Origin: Bryobacteraceae bacterium
Lineage (GTDB): Bacteria > Acidobacteriota > Terriglobia > Bryobacterales > Bryobacteraceae
Direction of reading: 5' to 3'
Assembly (NCBI GenBank): GCA_036268475.1
Contig: DATAUB010000035.1
Location: 254,171 to 318,170 of the forward strand
DNA: 64,000 nucleotides
In this document: one piece after another, positions 55,956 through 64,000 of the stretch
Layout: the number at the start of each line of letters is the position of its first letter
How positions within the stretch are numbered: position 1 is the stretch's first letter
Notes under the pieces: generated by a model
What the model saw: the letters and a program-made list of their open reading frames with translations, nothing else
Database searches by the model: none
What the model was told of the DNA's origin: nothing
Made by a program: the position numbers and the translations under genes

Positions 55956-58409
55956 TCACTCCGCTCGTAGCGCTTCTGTGGGGTCGACCGACGAAGCGCG
56001 CAGCGCCGGCAGGAAACTGGCCAGCGCGGCAGCCGCGATGAGGACCGCCGCCACGCCCAGATAAGTCAGCGGATCGAGCGGGCTCACGTGGAACAACAGC
56101 GACACCATCAGGCGCGTGCAGGCAGCCGCGGCGGCCAACCCGCACGCCGCTCCGATCGCCGAGAGGCGCAGTCCGTCCCGCAGGAACAGTCGCGTCACCT
56201 CTTTGCGCGGCGAGCCGAGCGCCATGCGGATGCCGATTTCGCGCCTGCGCTGCGAGACCGAGTAAGAAATCACGCCGTAGATGCCTACCAAACCGAGCAG
56301 CAGCGCCATCCCACCGGCCAGCGCCAGCATGACCAGAGCGAATGAAGTGCGCGACATCGACTTGTCGTAGACATCGCCCATGGTGCGCACGTAGGCCAGA
56401 GGAAGTTCGGGATCGACGGACCAGACGGCGCGGCTGATGTCCTGCACGAAGCCGCTCGACCCGGTGCGCGCGCTGCGAATCAAAAGCGTGCCGCCGCGCT
56501 GGACGAATATCTTGTTGCCCGAGAAGTTGTCCATCAGGATCGGCCAGAATGCCACCTTGGGCGCGTCCTGGGTGACTCCATCGTCGCGCTCATCGCTCAC
56601 CACTCCCACGATTTCGCGCCAGTCACCGCCCGGATTTTCGCGGATGCGCTTGCCGAGGGCAGCCGCGGGATCGTGCCAGACTTCAAGCGCCAGGTTTTCG
56701 GAAACCAGTGCTACTGCGCGCTTGTCGTAGACGTCGGTCCAGGTGAAATCGCGACCCGCCACCAGAGTCTGCCCCATGGTCTTCAGCAGGCCCGGAGAGA
56801 CCATGCGGAAGCGCCGCAACGGCGGAATCTTCTGGTTGGTGACCGGCTGGCCCTCGATATAGATGGGGTCGTGCCAACCGTTGCCGTTCATCGGCAGATA
56901 GCTGCTGAGGGCGGCCGATTGTACGCCCGGAAGAGCGGAAACCTTATCCAGAATTTCCTGCTCCATGCGCACGGTCTGTACCGGATCCTTCGGCTGGCCG
57001 TCGGGGATATACATCCCCATGGTCAGTACCTGGCCGGGGTCGGTGAAGCCGGGCTGGATAGCGCGCAGTGTGCGGAAGGTGCGGATCATCAATCCCGAGC
57101 CCACCATCAACAGCATGGCGAGCCCCACCTGCACCACCACCAGCGTGCTGCGGGCGCGATGCCGTTCTTTACTGGCGCTCAGACTGCGCCCGCCGGCGCG
57201 CAGAGTGGCCGACACTCGCGGCCCGGCGTACTTCATCACCGGGATCGCTCCGAAGAGCAACCCGGCCAGCAGCGAAGCCGCCAGCGCAAACAGCAGCACC
57301 GGCAGGTCGATGGTGATTTCGGCCAGCCGCGGCAGATGAGCGGGCGCCAGAAAGACCAGCCAGCGGATGGCGCCATATGCCAACGCGATTCCAAGCGCGC
57401 CGCCGGCGAGCGCGAGCAGCACGCTTTCGGCGAACAGGTCGCGTGCGATGCGGTCCCATCCGGCGCCGAGCGCGGCGCGGATCGCCAATTCCTGCTGGCG
57501 GCCTTCCGTGCGCACCAGCAGCAGATTCGCCACGTTGGCGCAGGCGATCAGGAGCACGATCCCGATGGTCGCCATCAGGATCCAGAGCACGTTGCCGACA
57601 TCGCCCACGATGCTCTCTTTGAGCGGCACGTAATTGGGGGCGAGGCCGACGTGCCGGAACATGTCGGCGCTATAGCCGGGGAACGGCGGAAAGGTGTCGA
57701 TCGAGATGGGGATCAGGCGAGCGGCGTCGGCATCGGCCTGCGCCAGGGTGACTCCCGGCCGCAGACGCGCCAACGCCTGGAAGCTGAAATTGCCCAGATT
57801 GGTTTTGCTGCGATCGCGCTGCATGGGGATGAAGAGCGACGGATTCTGATCGAGGAAGCGGAAGTTCTCCGGCATCACGCCGATGATCTGACGCGGCTGG
57901 CCGTCGGCCATAATGGTGCGGCCGATCGCCGTCCGGTCGCCTCCAAAATGCGAGCGCCAGTACCCATAGCTCAGGACCACGGTCTGAGTCGCACCGGGAG
58001 AATCGTCGGCCTCCGAAAAGATGCGCCCCAGGTAGGCCTGCGCGCCCAGCGTCGTCAGAACGCCGTGGGTCACGTCCTCGGCATCCACCCGCTGCGGTTC
58101 GGCACTCCCGGTGACGGCAACCGAATCGCCGCTCCACATGCCGATGTCTTCGAGCGTCTTGCCTTGTTCGCGCGAGATGAAATAGAGAAAGGGAGCCTCG
58201 CCGGAATGCTCGAGGTTCACTCCCGGCGCCCGGTAATCGATATTGATCAGGCGTTCGGCGTGCGGATAGGGCAGCGGTTTTAATAACACTCCGTCGAGCA
58301 CGCTAAAAATGGCGGTATTGGCGCCGATGCCGATGGCGAGTGTGAGAAGCGTCACCACGGCGAACAGGGGCGAACGCCGAAGACGGCGCAGCAAATGGCT
58401 CAATCCCAT
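55956..58409 (-). CDS. ADOP-family duplicated orphan permease (second copy)
   Basis: LLRRLRRSPLFAVVTLLTLAIGIGANTAIFSVLDGVLLKPLPYPHAERL. Two FtsX modules in 817 aa. No adjacent ATPase. Confidence 0.85.
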   Translation of the reverse strand: MGLSHLLRRLRRSPLFAVVTLLTLAIGIGANTAIFSVLDGVLLKPLPYPHAERLINIDYRAPGVNLEHSGEAPFLYFISREQGKTLEDIGMWSGDSVAVTGSAEPQRVDAEDVTHGVLTTLGAQAYLGRIFSEADDSPGATQTVVLSYGYWRSHFGGDRTAIGRTIMADGQPRQIIGVMPENFRFLDQNPSLFIPMQRDRSKTNLGNFSFQALARLRPGVTLAQADADAARLIPISIDTFPPFPGYSADMFRHVGLAPNYVPLKESIVGDVGNVLWILMATIGIVLLIACANVANLLLVRTEGRQQELAIRAALGAGWDRIARDLFAESVLLALAGGALGIALAYGAIRWLVFLAPAHLPRLAEITIDLPVLLFALAASLLAGLLFGAIPVMKYAGPRVSATLRAGGRSLSASKERHRARSTLVVVQVGLAMLLMVGSGLMIRTFRTLRAIQPGFTDPGQVLTMGMYIPDGQPKDPVQTVRMEQEILDKVSALPGVQSAALSSYLPMNGNGWHDPIYIEGQPVTNQKIPPLRRFRMVSPGLLKTMGQTLVAGRDFTWTDVYDKRAVALVSENLALEVWHDPAAALGKRIRENPGGDWREIVGVVSDERDDGVTQDAPKVAFWPILMDNFSGNKIFVQRGGTLLIRSARTGSSGFVQDISRAVWSVDPELPLAYVRTMGDVYDKSMSRTSFALVMLALAGGMALLLGLVGIYGVISYSVSQRRREIGIRMALGSPRKEVTRLFLRDGLRLSAIGAACGLAAAAACTRLMVSLLFHVSPLDPLTYLGVAAVLIAAAALASFLPALRASSVDPTEALRAE

Positions 58410-58469
58410 GTGAAGTTATACGACCGCGATACGGCACCGGTTCGCAATTTATTCGGAAGTCTTTCCGTG

Positions 58470-59105
58470 TCAGCCAAGCAGCGTTCGCAGCTTCGCCAGA
58501 AGTTCGGCGCCCAGTTCGCCCGCCTTTTTCAGATCGTGCCCCGCGCGTTCGATGGGCAGCAGTTCGGTGCGTGCGGGAATCAGCCGAAGCGCGACAGCCA
58601 TTTCTTCGAGCGAGCCGAAACCGTCCGATTCGCCGTGGACGAACAGCGCGGGTGTCCGCAGTTCGGGGAAATACGCCGTACGCATCTTTTCGGGCTTGCC
58701 CGGTGGATGGAGCGGATAGGAGAGGAGCAGCAACGCGTCCGCCATCCCCGGCCGTTCCGATGCCGCCATGGCGGTTTGCCGCCCGCCGTAGGAATGGCCG
58801 CCGGCGAAGACTCGGCCACTTGCCAGACGCCGCACGGTCTCTACCGCCTGCGCGACGCCTTCGCGGTCGCGCGCCGCCGCGGCGGGGGACGGCGGACCGT
58901 TGGGACGGTTTTGGCGAAATGGCAGATCGTAGCGCAGCACCAGGACGCCGGCGTCGGCGAAAGCGCGCGCCAGGCGGACCAGCAGGGGCGACTGGCAGTT
59001 CGCGCTCGCCCCGTGGGTCAGCACCATGGCGTCACCTGTAGGATTTTCCGGCTCATGCATCGCACCGCGGACACCGCCGAAATCGTAAGCCTGCTCCATG
59101 CTCAT
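58470..59105 (-). CDS. Alpha/beta hydrolase (dienelactone-hydrolase/COG3571-like)
   Basis: MVLTHGASANCQSPLL and GGHSYGGRQ nucleophile-elbow-like motifs. Start at the ATG at 59105, in an ATGA overlap with the upstream SDR stop. Confidence 0.7.
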   Translation of the reverse strand: MSMEQAYDFGGVRGAMHEPENPTGDAMVLTHGASANCQSPLLVRLARAFADAGVLVLRYDLPFRQNRPNGPPSPAAAARDREGVAQAVETVRRLASGRVFAGGHSYGGRQTAMAASERPGMADALLLLSYPLHPPGKPEKMRTAYFPELRTPALFVHGESDGFGSLEEMAVALRLIPARTELLPIERAGHDLKKAGELGAELLAKLRTLLG

Positions 59106-59875
59106 TTCCCCCAATTCAACTGGCGCGCTTTGGCCGCCAGCATGTCGCGCGGAACCAGGCGTACGCCGCGCATGGTCCAGCGATTGCGCGCTCCCGGGAT
59201 CACCGACGATTTGCCGGCCATCATCGCATCGAAACCGGCGTGGGCCACTTCCGCGGCGCTCATGACATCGCCGCGAAAGAGGGCGGTATCGGCGACTCCG
59301 GCTGACCGGGCGAATTCCGTCCGCGTGGGGCCCGGAGAGAGCGCGGTGACGCTCACGCCCGTACCTTCCACTTCGCTAGAGAGCGCTTCCGAGAACGAGA
59401 GCACGAAAGCCTTGCTGGCATAATAGAGCGCCATGAATGGCCCGGGCAGAAACGCCGCGGTGGAGGCGACATTGAGAATGCGGCCCGCGCGCCGGCGCAC
59501 CATTTCGGGCAGAAAAAGCTTGGTGAGATGGGCCAGCGCGACCATGTTCACCTGCATCAGATCGCGCTCACGCGCCCAATCGGTCTCGACGTAGGGACCG
59601 CGCACGCCGAAGCCGGCGTTATTGATCAGGATGTCGATGGCGGTGCCGTTCAGGCAGTCGAAGATCCGGGATGGAGTTGCGGGGTCGGCCAGATCGGCGG
59701 CCAGCGGGCGAGCGTTCACACCGTGCGCGCCGGCCAGTGCCGCCCCCAGTTCTGCCAGTCGCGATGCGCTGCGCGCCACCAGGACAACGTCATATCCCGC
59801 GGCCGCGCAGAGCTTCGCGAATTCGGCCCCGAGACCGGCGGATGCACCGGTGATCAGCGCCGTACCCCGCGCCAT
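59102..59875 (-). CDS. SDR-family oxidoreductase
   Basis: ALITGASAGLGAEFA, then NNAG and YYASKAFV (Y-x3-K). Confidence 0.85.
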   Translation of the reverse strand: MARGTALITGASAGLGAEFAKLCAAAGYDVVLVARSASRLAELGAALAGAHGVNARPLAADLADPATPSRIFDCLNGTAIDILINNAGFGVRGPYVETDWARERDLMQVNMVALAHLTKLFLPEMVRRRAGRILNVASTAAFLPGPFMALYYASKAFVLSFSEALSSEVEGTGVSVTALSPGPTRTEFARSAGVADTALFRGDVMSAAEVAHAGFDAMMAGKSSVIPGARNRWTMRGVRLVPRDMLAAKARQLNWGK

Positions 59876-59878
59876 CCG

Positions 59879-60124
59879 CTATTCCTTCTTCTTGAGGGCG
59901 GAGTCGTTGTCCGTGATGAACTGGCGGATGGAGTCCGCCATTCCAAGGAGCTTTTCCCACTGCTCCCGGTAGAGTGTGACGGGGAACCGGCCCAGACCGT
60001 ATACCGACAGGGCTCCCTTCTCACTCACCTTCAAAGACATCTGGCCCCGGGCGGGCTTTTTCAGTGCTTCATTCTCGGCTCGCAGCCGTTCGAGTTCCGC
60101 TTGCATTTCGGCTTCTGATGGCAT
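59879..60124 (-). CDS. Small hypothetical protein (81 aa)
   Basis: A coiled-coil N-terminus followed by MSLKVSEKGALSVYGLGRFPVTLYREQWEKLL. Begins the SDR/hydrolase gene string. Confidence 0.5.
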   Translation of the reverse strand: MPSEAEMQAELERLRAENEALKKPARGQMSLKVSEKGALSVYGLGRFPVTLYREQWEKLLGMADSIRQFITDNDSALKKKE

Positions 60125-60179
60125 AGTACAGTTTCTTTAATACCACAATCGGGCATGTTACGCTGAATCTTTCCCACCT

Positions 60180-60794
60180 ATGTCCCGGTTCGATTCCATC
60201 CTTTTCGACTTCGACGGTGTACTTGCCGATACCGAACCGGTCCACTGCGCCTGCTGGGCGGAAGTACTGGCGCCGCAAGGGATTGCGCTGGAGTGGCCGG
60301 AGTACCGCGAACGCTATATGGGAATCGACGACCGCGAGATGCTGCGCATACTGGCGGCCAAGGCCGCGCCACCGCTCGCCTGGGACGTGTTGTGGCAGCT
60401 CTACCCCGCTAAAAAAGATCGCTTCCGCGCCCGTGTGACCTCGTCGCCGCCCTTCGACGCCGCGCTCAAGAACTTCCTCCGCGGCCTCGACGGACAGTAC
60501 GCGCTGGCCGTGGTCAGTTCCAGTTCCTGCTCGGAAATCGAACCCATGCTGGAGGCCGGCGGCCTGCGCCAATACTTCCGCACGGTGGTGGGCGGGGAGA
60601 ATGTGAAACGCCACAAGCCGGCGCCCGATCCTTACCTGCTGGCGGCTGAACGGCTGGGTGTGCGGCGCCCGCTGGTGGTGGAAGATTCCGAAGCGGGGCT
60701 GGCGGCCGGCCGCGCCGCGGGATTCGAGGTTCTGGCCGTGCCTCACCCGGCCGAAATGCTAGGTCTCGTGGGCGGACGGCTCGCGGTAAGCTGA
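60180..60794 (+). CDS. HAD-superfamily hydrolase (beta-phosphoglucomutase-like subfamily IA)
   Basis: ILFDFDGVLADTE motif I; KPAPDPYL and VVEDSEAG motifs. Confidence 0.85.
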   Translation: MSRFDSILFDFDGVLADTEPVHCACWAEVLAPQGIALEWPEYRERYMGIDDREMLRILAAKAAPPLAWDVLWQLYPAKKDRFRARVTSSPPFDAALKNFLRGLDGQYALAVVSSSSCSEIEPMLEAGGLRQYFRTVVGGENVKRHKPAPDPYLLAAERLGVRRPLVVEDSEAGLAAGRAAGFEVLAVPHPAEMLGLVGGRLAVS

Positions 60795-60799
60795 ATTCA

Positions 60800-62701
60800 G
60801 TGCATCCTCACGGACAGCGGCCCTTGGCCCCATCTAAGAAAAAAGCATCGGAAACTTTCCGTAGCGTTCGGCCCATGCTCATGGAGCTGGTGCGGCCGCG
60901 GCGCGGCAAGCTGATGCTCGGCTTCCTGCTGATGTTGATCAATATCTGTATGAGCATGATCCTGCCGTATGCTCCCAAGATCGTGCTCGACAACATCATC
61001 GGGCGTCATCAGTACAACCTGCTGACGCCGCTGGTGGCGGTAGTGTTCGGCGCGACCATCGTACAGGCGCTGACCTCGTTTTCGCTCACCCAGGTGCTCT
61101 CCATGGAAGGCCAGCGGCTGATTGCGCAATTGCGCCGGCAGGTGCAGGAACATGTGGGCCGCCTGCCGGTGGCATACTACGACGCCAACAAGAGCGGCGC
61201 GCTGGTCTCGCGCATCATGAGCGATGTGGAAGGCGTGCGCAATCTCATCGGCACCGGCCTCACGGAGTTCGCCGGCGGCATTCTGAAGGCGCTGGTGGCG
61301 TTCGTGATCCTGCTGAAGATCAGCGCGCTGATGACCGGCTTCGCGTTGATGTTCATCGCGCTTTTCGCGGGAGTTCTCAGCAAGGCATTCCAGAAGATCC
61401 GGCCGATCTTCCGCGAGCGCGGCAAGATCAATGCCGAAGTGCAAGGGCGGCTGACGGAATCGTTGGCCGGCGTGCGCGTGGTGAAGGGATACCACGCCGA
61501 GGCCGAAGAGGCGAGCGTGTTTGCCGGCGGTGTGCAGCGGCTGCTGGATAACGTGCTGAAATCGCTCACCGCGATTTCGCTGATGAGTCTGTCGGCCACC
61601 ACCCTGCTGGGCGTAGTGGGCGGCGCGGTGATGTACATCGGCACGCGCCAGATGATCGCGCACACTTTGACTCCCGGCGGCTTCATGACGTTCACCATGT
61701 TCCTGGCGATGCTGGTGGCGCCCATGTTCCAGGTGGTGGGAATCGGGACGCAGTTGACGGAAGCGCTCGCCGGCCTGGATCGCACCCAGGAAGTACTGCA
61801 CGAGCGGCCCGAAAACGAAGACCCGCGGCGTACTTTGCCCGTGGGCGCGCTGACCGGCAACGTCAGTTTCGAGAACGTGAACTTTTCCTACGAGCCCGGC
61901 AAGCCGGTGCTGCACGAAATCAGTTTTGACTCGCAGCCCGGCACCGTGACCGCACTGGTAGGGCCTTCGGGCTCGGGGAAATCGACCATTATCAGCCTGA
62001 TTTCGGCCTTCCACGATCCCACCAGCGGAACCATTCGCGTGGACAACACGGACCTTTCGCAGGCACAGCTCTACTCCTATCGCACGCAACTCGGCGTGGT
62101 CTTGCAGGATACCTTCCTGTTCGACGGCACCATCCGCGAAAATGTCGGCTTCGCCCGTCCCGGCGCCACCGATGCGGAGATTCTGGAAGCCTGCCGCATC
62201 GCGCGCGTGGACGAGTTCGCGGAGAAGTTCGACAAGAAGTACGACACCATCGTGGGCGAACGCGGCGTGAAGCTTTCCGGCGGTCAGCGGCAGCGCGTAT
62301 CGATCGCGCGCGCCATCCTGGCGAACCCGCGCATTCTGATCCTGGACGAAGCTACGTCGAGTCTCGATTCGGAATCGGAGGCGGCCATTCAGGAAGGCCT
62401 GCAGTACCTGATGAAGGGACGCACCACCTTCGTGATCGCGCACCGCTTGTCGACCATCCGGCGCGCCGACCAGATCCTGGTGGTGGAGCAAGGGCGCATT
62501 GTGGAGCGCGGGACGCACCAGTCGCTCTACGATCTACGCGGCCGGTATTGGGACCTGTACACGCGCCAGCACGGCGTGGATGCGAACTTGTTCCTGGCTC
62601 CCGGGGAAGGCGACAAGATCCCGGAAGAAGAAGAAAAGGTGCGATTGCGCGGCGCCGCGCCGCCATCGGCCGCATCGCTATTTCGCGGTGGCGCGGCGTA
62701 G
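60800..62701 (+). CDS. ABC exporter, fused permease/ATPase (MsbA-like)
   Basis: A six-TM N-terminal half, then Walker A GPSGSGKST, signature LSGGQRQR and Walker B ILILDEATS. GTG start. Confidence 0.9.
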   Translation: MHPHGQRPLAPSKKKASETFRSVRPMLMELVRPRRGKLMLGFLLMLINICMSMILPYAPKIVLDNIIGRHQYNLLTPLVAVVFGATIVQALTSFSLTQVLSMEGQRLIAQLRRQVQEHVGRLPVAYYDANKSGALVSRIMSDVEGVRNLIGTGLTEFAGGILKALVAFVILLKISALMTGFALMFIALFAGVLSKAFQKIRPIFRERGKINAEVQGRLTESLAGVRVVKGYHAEAEEASVFAGGVQRLLDNVLKSLTAISLMSLSATTLLGVVGGAVMYIGTRQMIAHTLTPGGFMTFTMFLAMLVAPMFQVVGIGTQLTEALAGLDRTQEVLHERPENEDPRRTLPVGALTGNVSFENVNFSYEPGKPVLHEISFDSQPGTVTALVGPSGSGKSTIISLISAFHDPTSGTIRVDNTDLSQAQLYSYRTQLGVVLQDTFLFDGTIRENVGFARPGATDAEILEACRIARVDEFAEKFDKKYDTIVGERGVKLSGGQRQRVSIARAILANPRILILDEATSSLDSESEAAIQEGLQYLMKGRTTFVIAHRLSTIRRADQILVVEQGRIVERGTHQSLYDLRGRYWDLYTRQHGVDANLFLAPGEGDKIPEEEEKVRLRGAAPPSAASLFRGGAA

Positions 62702-62750
62702 AGGTGGCGCAGGTTGGCAACCCCACGTGGCGCTCAACTAGCGGACAGAT

Positions 62751-63671
62751 CTAATGCGCCATGTATAACAGCGCGCTGGAGACCCCTGCCCCGATATTGA
62801 AGACTCTTTCCAGCACCGACATGGTGGCACGCTTGCCGGAGCGGTCGGGGATATAGAGGATATCGTTGGCCTGCAAGGGAACGTCCGGCGACTTGCGCCT
62901 CATGATCATACTCAGGTCGACCGGGATCTCGTGCTGCGTGCCTGCGCCGCCATCGCGGCGATAGATGTACGCCACATTCGACGCGAAGGGCGCGAGCCCC
63001 TGGGTGAGCGCCACCGCCTTCAGCACCGTAGTGCCGGCGGATTCGTGCACCGCGAATGCGCCCGGCATCTTGACGTTGCCCACCACGTACACCTTGCCCG
63101 CTTCCGGAACGCGGATCTCTTCACCGCCCTGCAACTCGAGGTTTACCGCGGGGTCGGCCGCGTCGATGAGCGCGCGCACCGCCACTCGCTGCACCAATGA
63201 CGCCGATCCGGCGGGGCGCGAAACGAGAATCTCCGGGCCGGCATCCGGGGTGAGCCCGCCGGCCCTCGTAATGGCTTCGAGCAGCGTCATCCGGTCGGCC
63301 GGTTCGAAGGTGATGGGATTGCGTACCGCGCCCGCGACGCTTACCGGCGGGAGCATATGATACTCCGACACGGTGACGGTAACGAACGGATGCACCAGGA
63401 CCTGCGCCGTCTCGAATGCGCCGGCAATCGACTGTTCGAGCGCCTCAGGCATCAGTCCCGCTGCCTGAATCTTGCCATCGAGGAGGGGAAGGCGAATGGC
63501 GCCCGCCGCGTCCACCCGCGTGGTGCGCGCCAGATCGGGCTCACCGTAGATCGAAATATTTACCAGATCGCCGGAATGAATCCGGTGTGGCGGAAGATTG
63601 GCTGAAGGGGACTGGGCGAAGGCAGCGCCGATCGCTGCGGCCAGAGAGAGCGCGATACCCGAGGACTTCAT
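62751..63671 (-). CDS. Polysaccharide export protein (Wza-like, Poly_export + SLBB domains)
   Basis: Signal peptide, then HRIHSGDLVNISIYGEPDL. SLBB-like GEEIRVPEAGKVYVVGNVKMPG. Confidence 0.8.
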   Translation of the reverse strand: MKSSGIALSLAAAIGAAFAQSPSANLPPHRIHSGDLVNISIYGEPDLARTTRVDAAGAIRLPLLDGKIQAAGLMPEALEQSIAGAFETAQVLVHPFVTVTVSEYHMLPPVSVAGAVRNPITFEPADRMTLLEAITRAGGLTPDAGPEILVSRPAGSASLVQRVAVRALIDAADPAVNLELQGGEEIRVPEAGKVYVVGNVKMPGAFAVHESAGTTVLKAVALTQGLAPFASNVAYIYRRDGGAGTQHEIPVDLSMIMRRKSPDVPLQANDILYIPDRSGKRATMSVLERVFNIGAGVSSALLYMAH

Positions 63672-63749
63672 AAGATACGTTCGCGAACCACGTGTATCGG
63701 GTGAGTGTCGCGTCCGGCCAGGTGCTCTCGGTTTTTTTGCAGCGGCGGT

Positions 63750-64000
63750 TCAGTCGCCCTTTTTGCGCTTCCTCAGCGGATCGGCCGGCTTCCACTTCAA
63801 TTCGGCCGATAAGACGTCCACCACGGTCGAAAGGATCTTCGCCCGTGCCCAGTATTTGTCGTTGCCCTCCACCAGCGACCAGGGAGCGGGCGTGGTGCTG
63901 GTCTTCACCAGCATTTCTTCCACCGCGTCCTCGTAATCGCCCCACTTGGCGCGATTACGCCAGTCCTCGTCGGTCAGTTTCCAGGCCTTGTACCCGATGG
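63750..64000 (-). CDS. Polyphosphate kinase 2 family protein, C-terminal part (gene runs off the right edge)
   Basis: Not in the ORF track. Minus-strand translation reads IGYKAWKLTDEDWRNRAKWGDYEDAVEEMLVKTSTTPAPWSLVEGNDKYWARAKIL...KKGD-stop (TGA at 63752..63750), which is the PPK2 C-terminal pattern. Confidence 0.75.
   Translation of the reverse strand, partial: IGYKAWKLTDEDWRNRAKWGDYEDAVEEMLVKTSTTPAPWSLVEGNDKYWARAKILSTVVDVLSAELKWKPADPLRKRKKGD

Noticed and set aside
60183-60200. tRNA T-arm-like motif ggttcgattcc.
   Set aside because: It lies inside the HAD hydrolase start (MSRFDSILFDFDG). No acceptor or anticodon stems can be built around it.

Overview
High-GC, densely packed chromosomal segment, most likely from an Acidobacteriota genome. 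The lineage markers are a TIGR03435-type protein, two ADOP-type duplicated orphan permeases, and an acidobacterial-style PadR followed by a gene with the permease-prefix motif. I call about 65 protein-coding genes; many are joined by 4-nt ATGA start/stop overlaps. I saw no rRNA, tRNA, CRISPR array, transposase or integrase. Housekeeping blocks: phoH-ybeY-corC-era, mutS2, a delta-9-type desaturase, add, glgB, ribF, rimO-yacG, sixA, and a partial PPK2 at the right edge. Accessory content: (1) a six-gene translationally coupled operon (YciI, DoxX, SRPBCC, VOC, BNR/Asp-box protein, MoaD-like protein ending in GG) divergent from an ECF sigma factor with a long C-terminal extension. (2) Two type II toxin-antitoxin pairs (UPF0175/DUF3368-PIN and DUF1778/GNAT), both with apparently damaged toxin genes. 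(3) A tight SPFH / NAD-kinase-like / NrtR-like (Nudix plus wHTH) operon behind a tandem GTGTC-N5-GACAC operator. This is my best candidate for an undescribed module. (4) An operon of two signal-less HtrA-like proteases and a LuxR regulator with a pseudo-receiver domain. (5) A lower-GC patch of three hypothetical genes. Other observations: a 39-nt in-frame duplicate of the mutS2 3-prime end, a candidate structured leader with a terminator-like hairpin upstream of rimO, and a yacG gene missing from the ORF track. All functional calls rest on motif recognition from the translations; no database search was possible. Start codons are often uncertain by tens of nucleotides.
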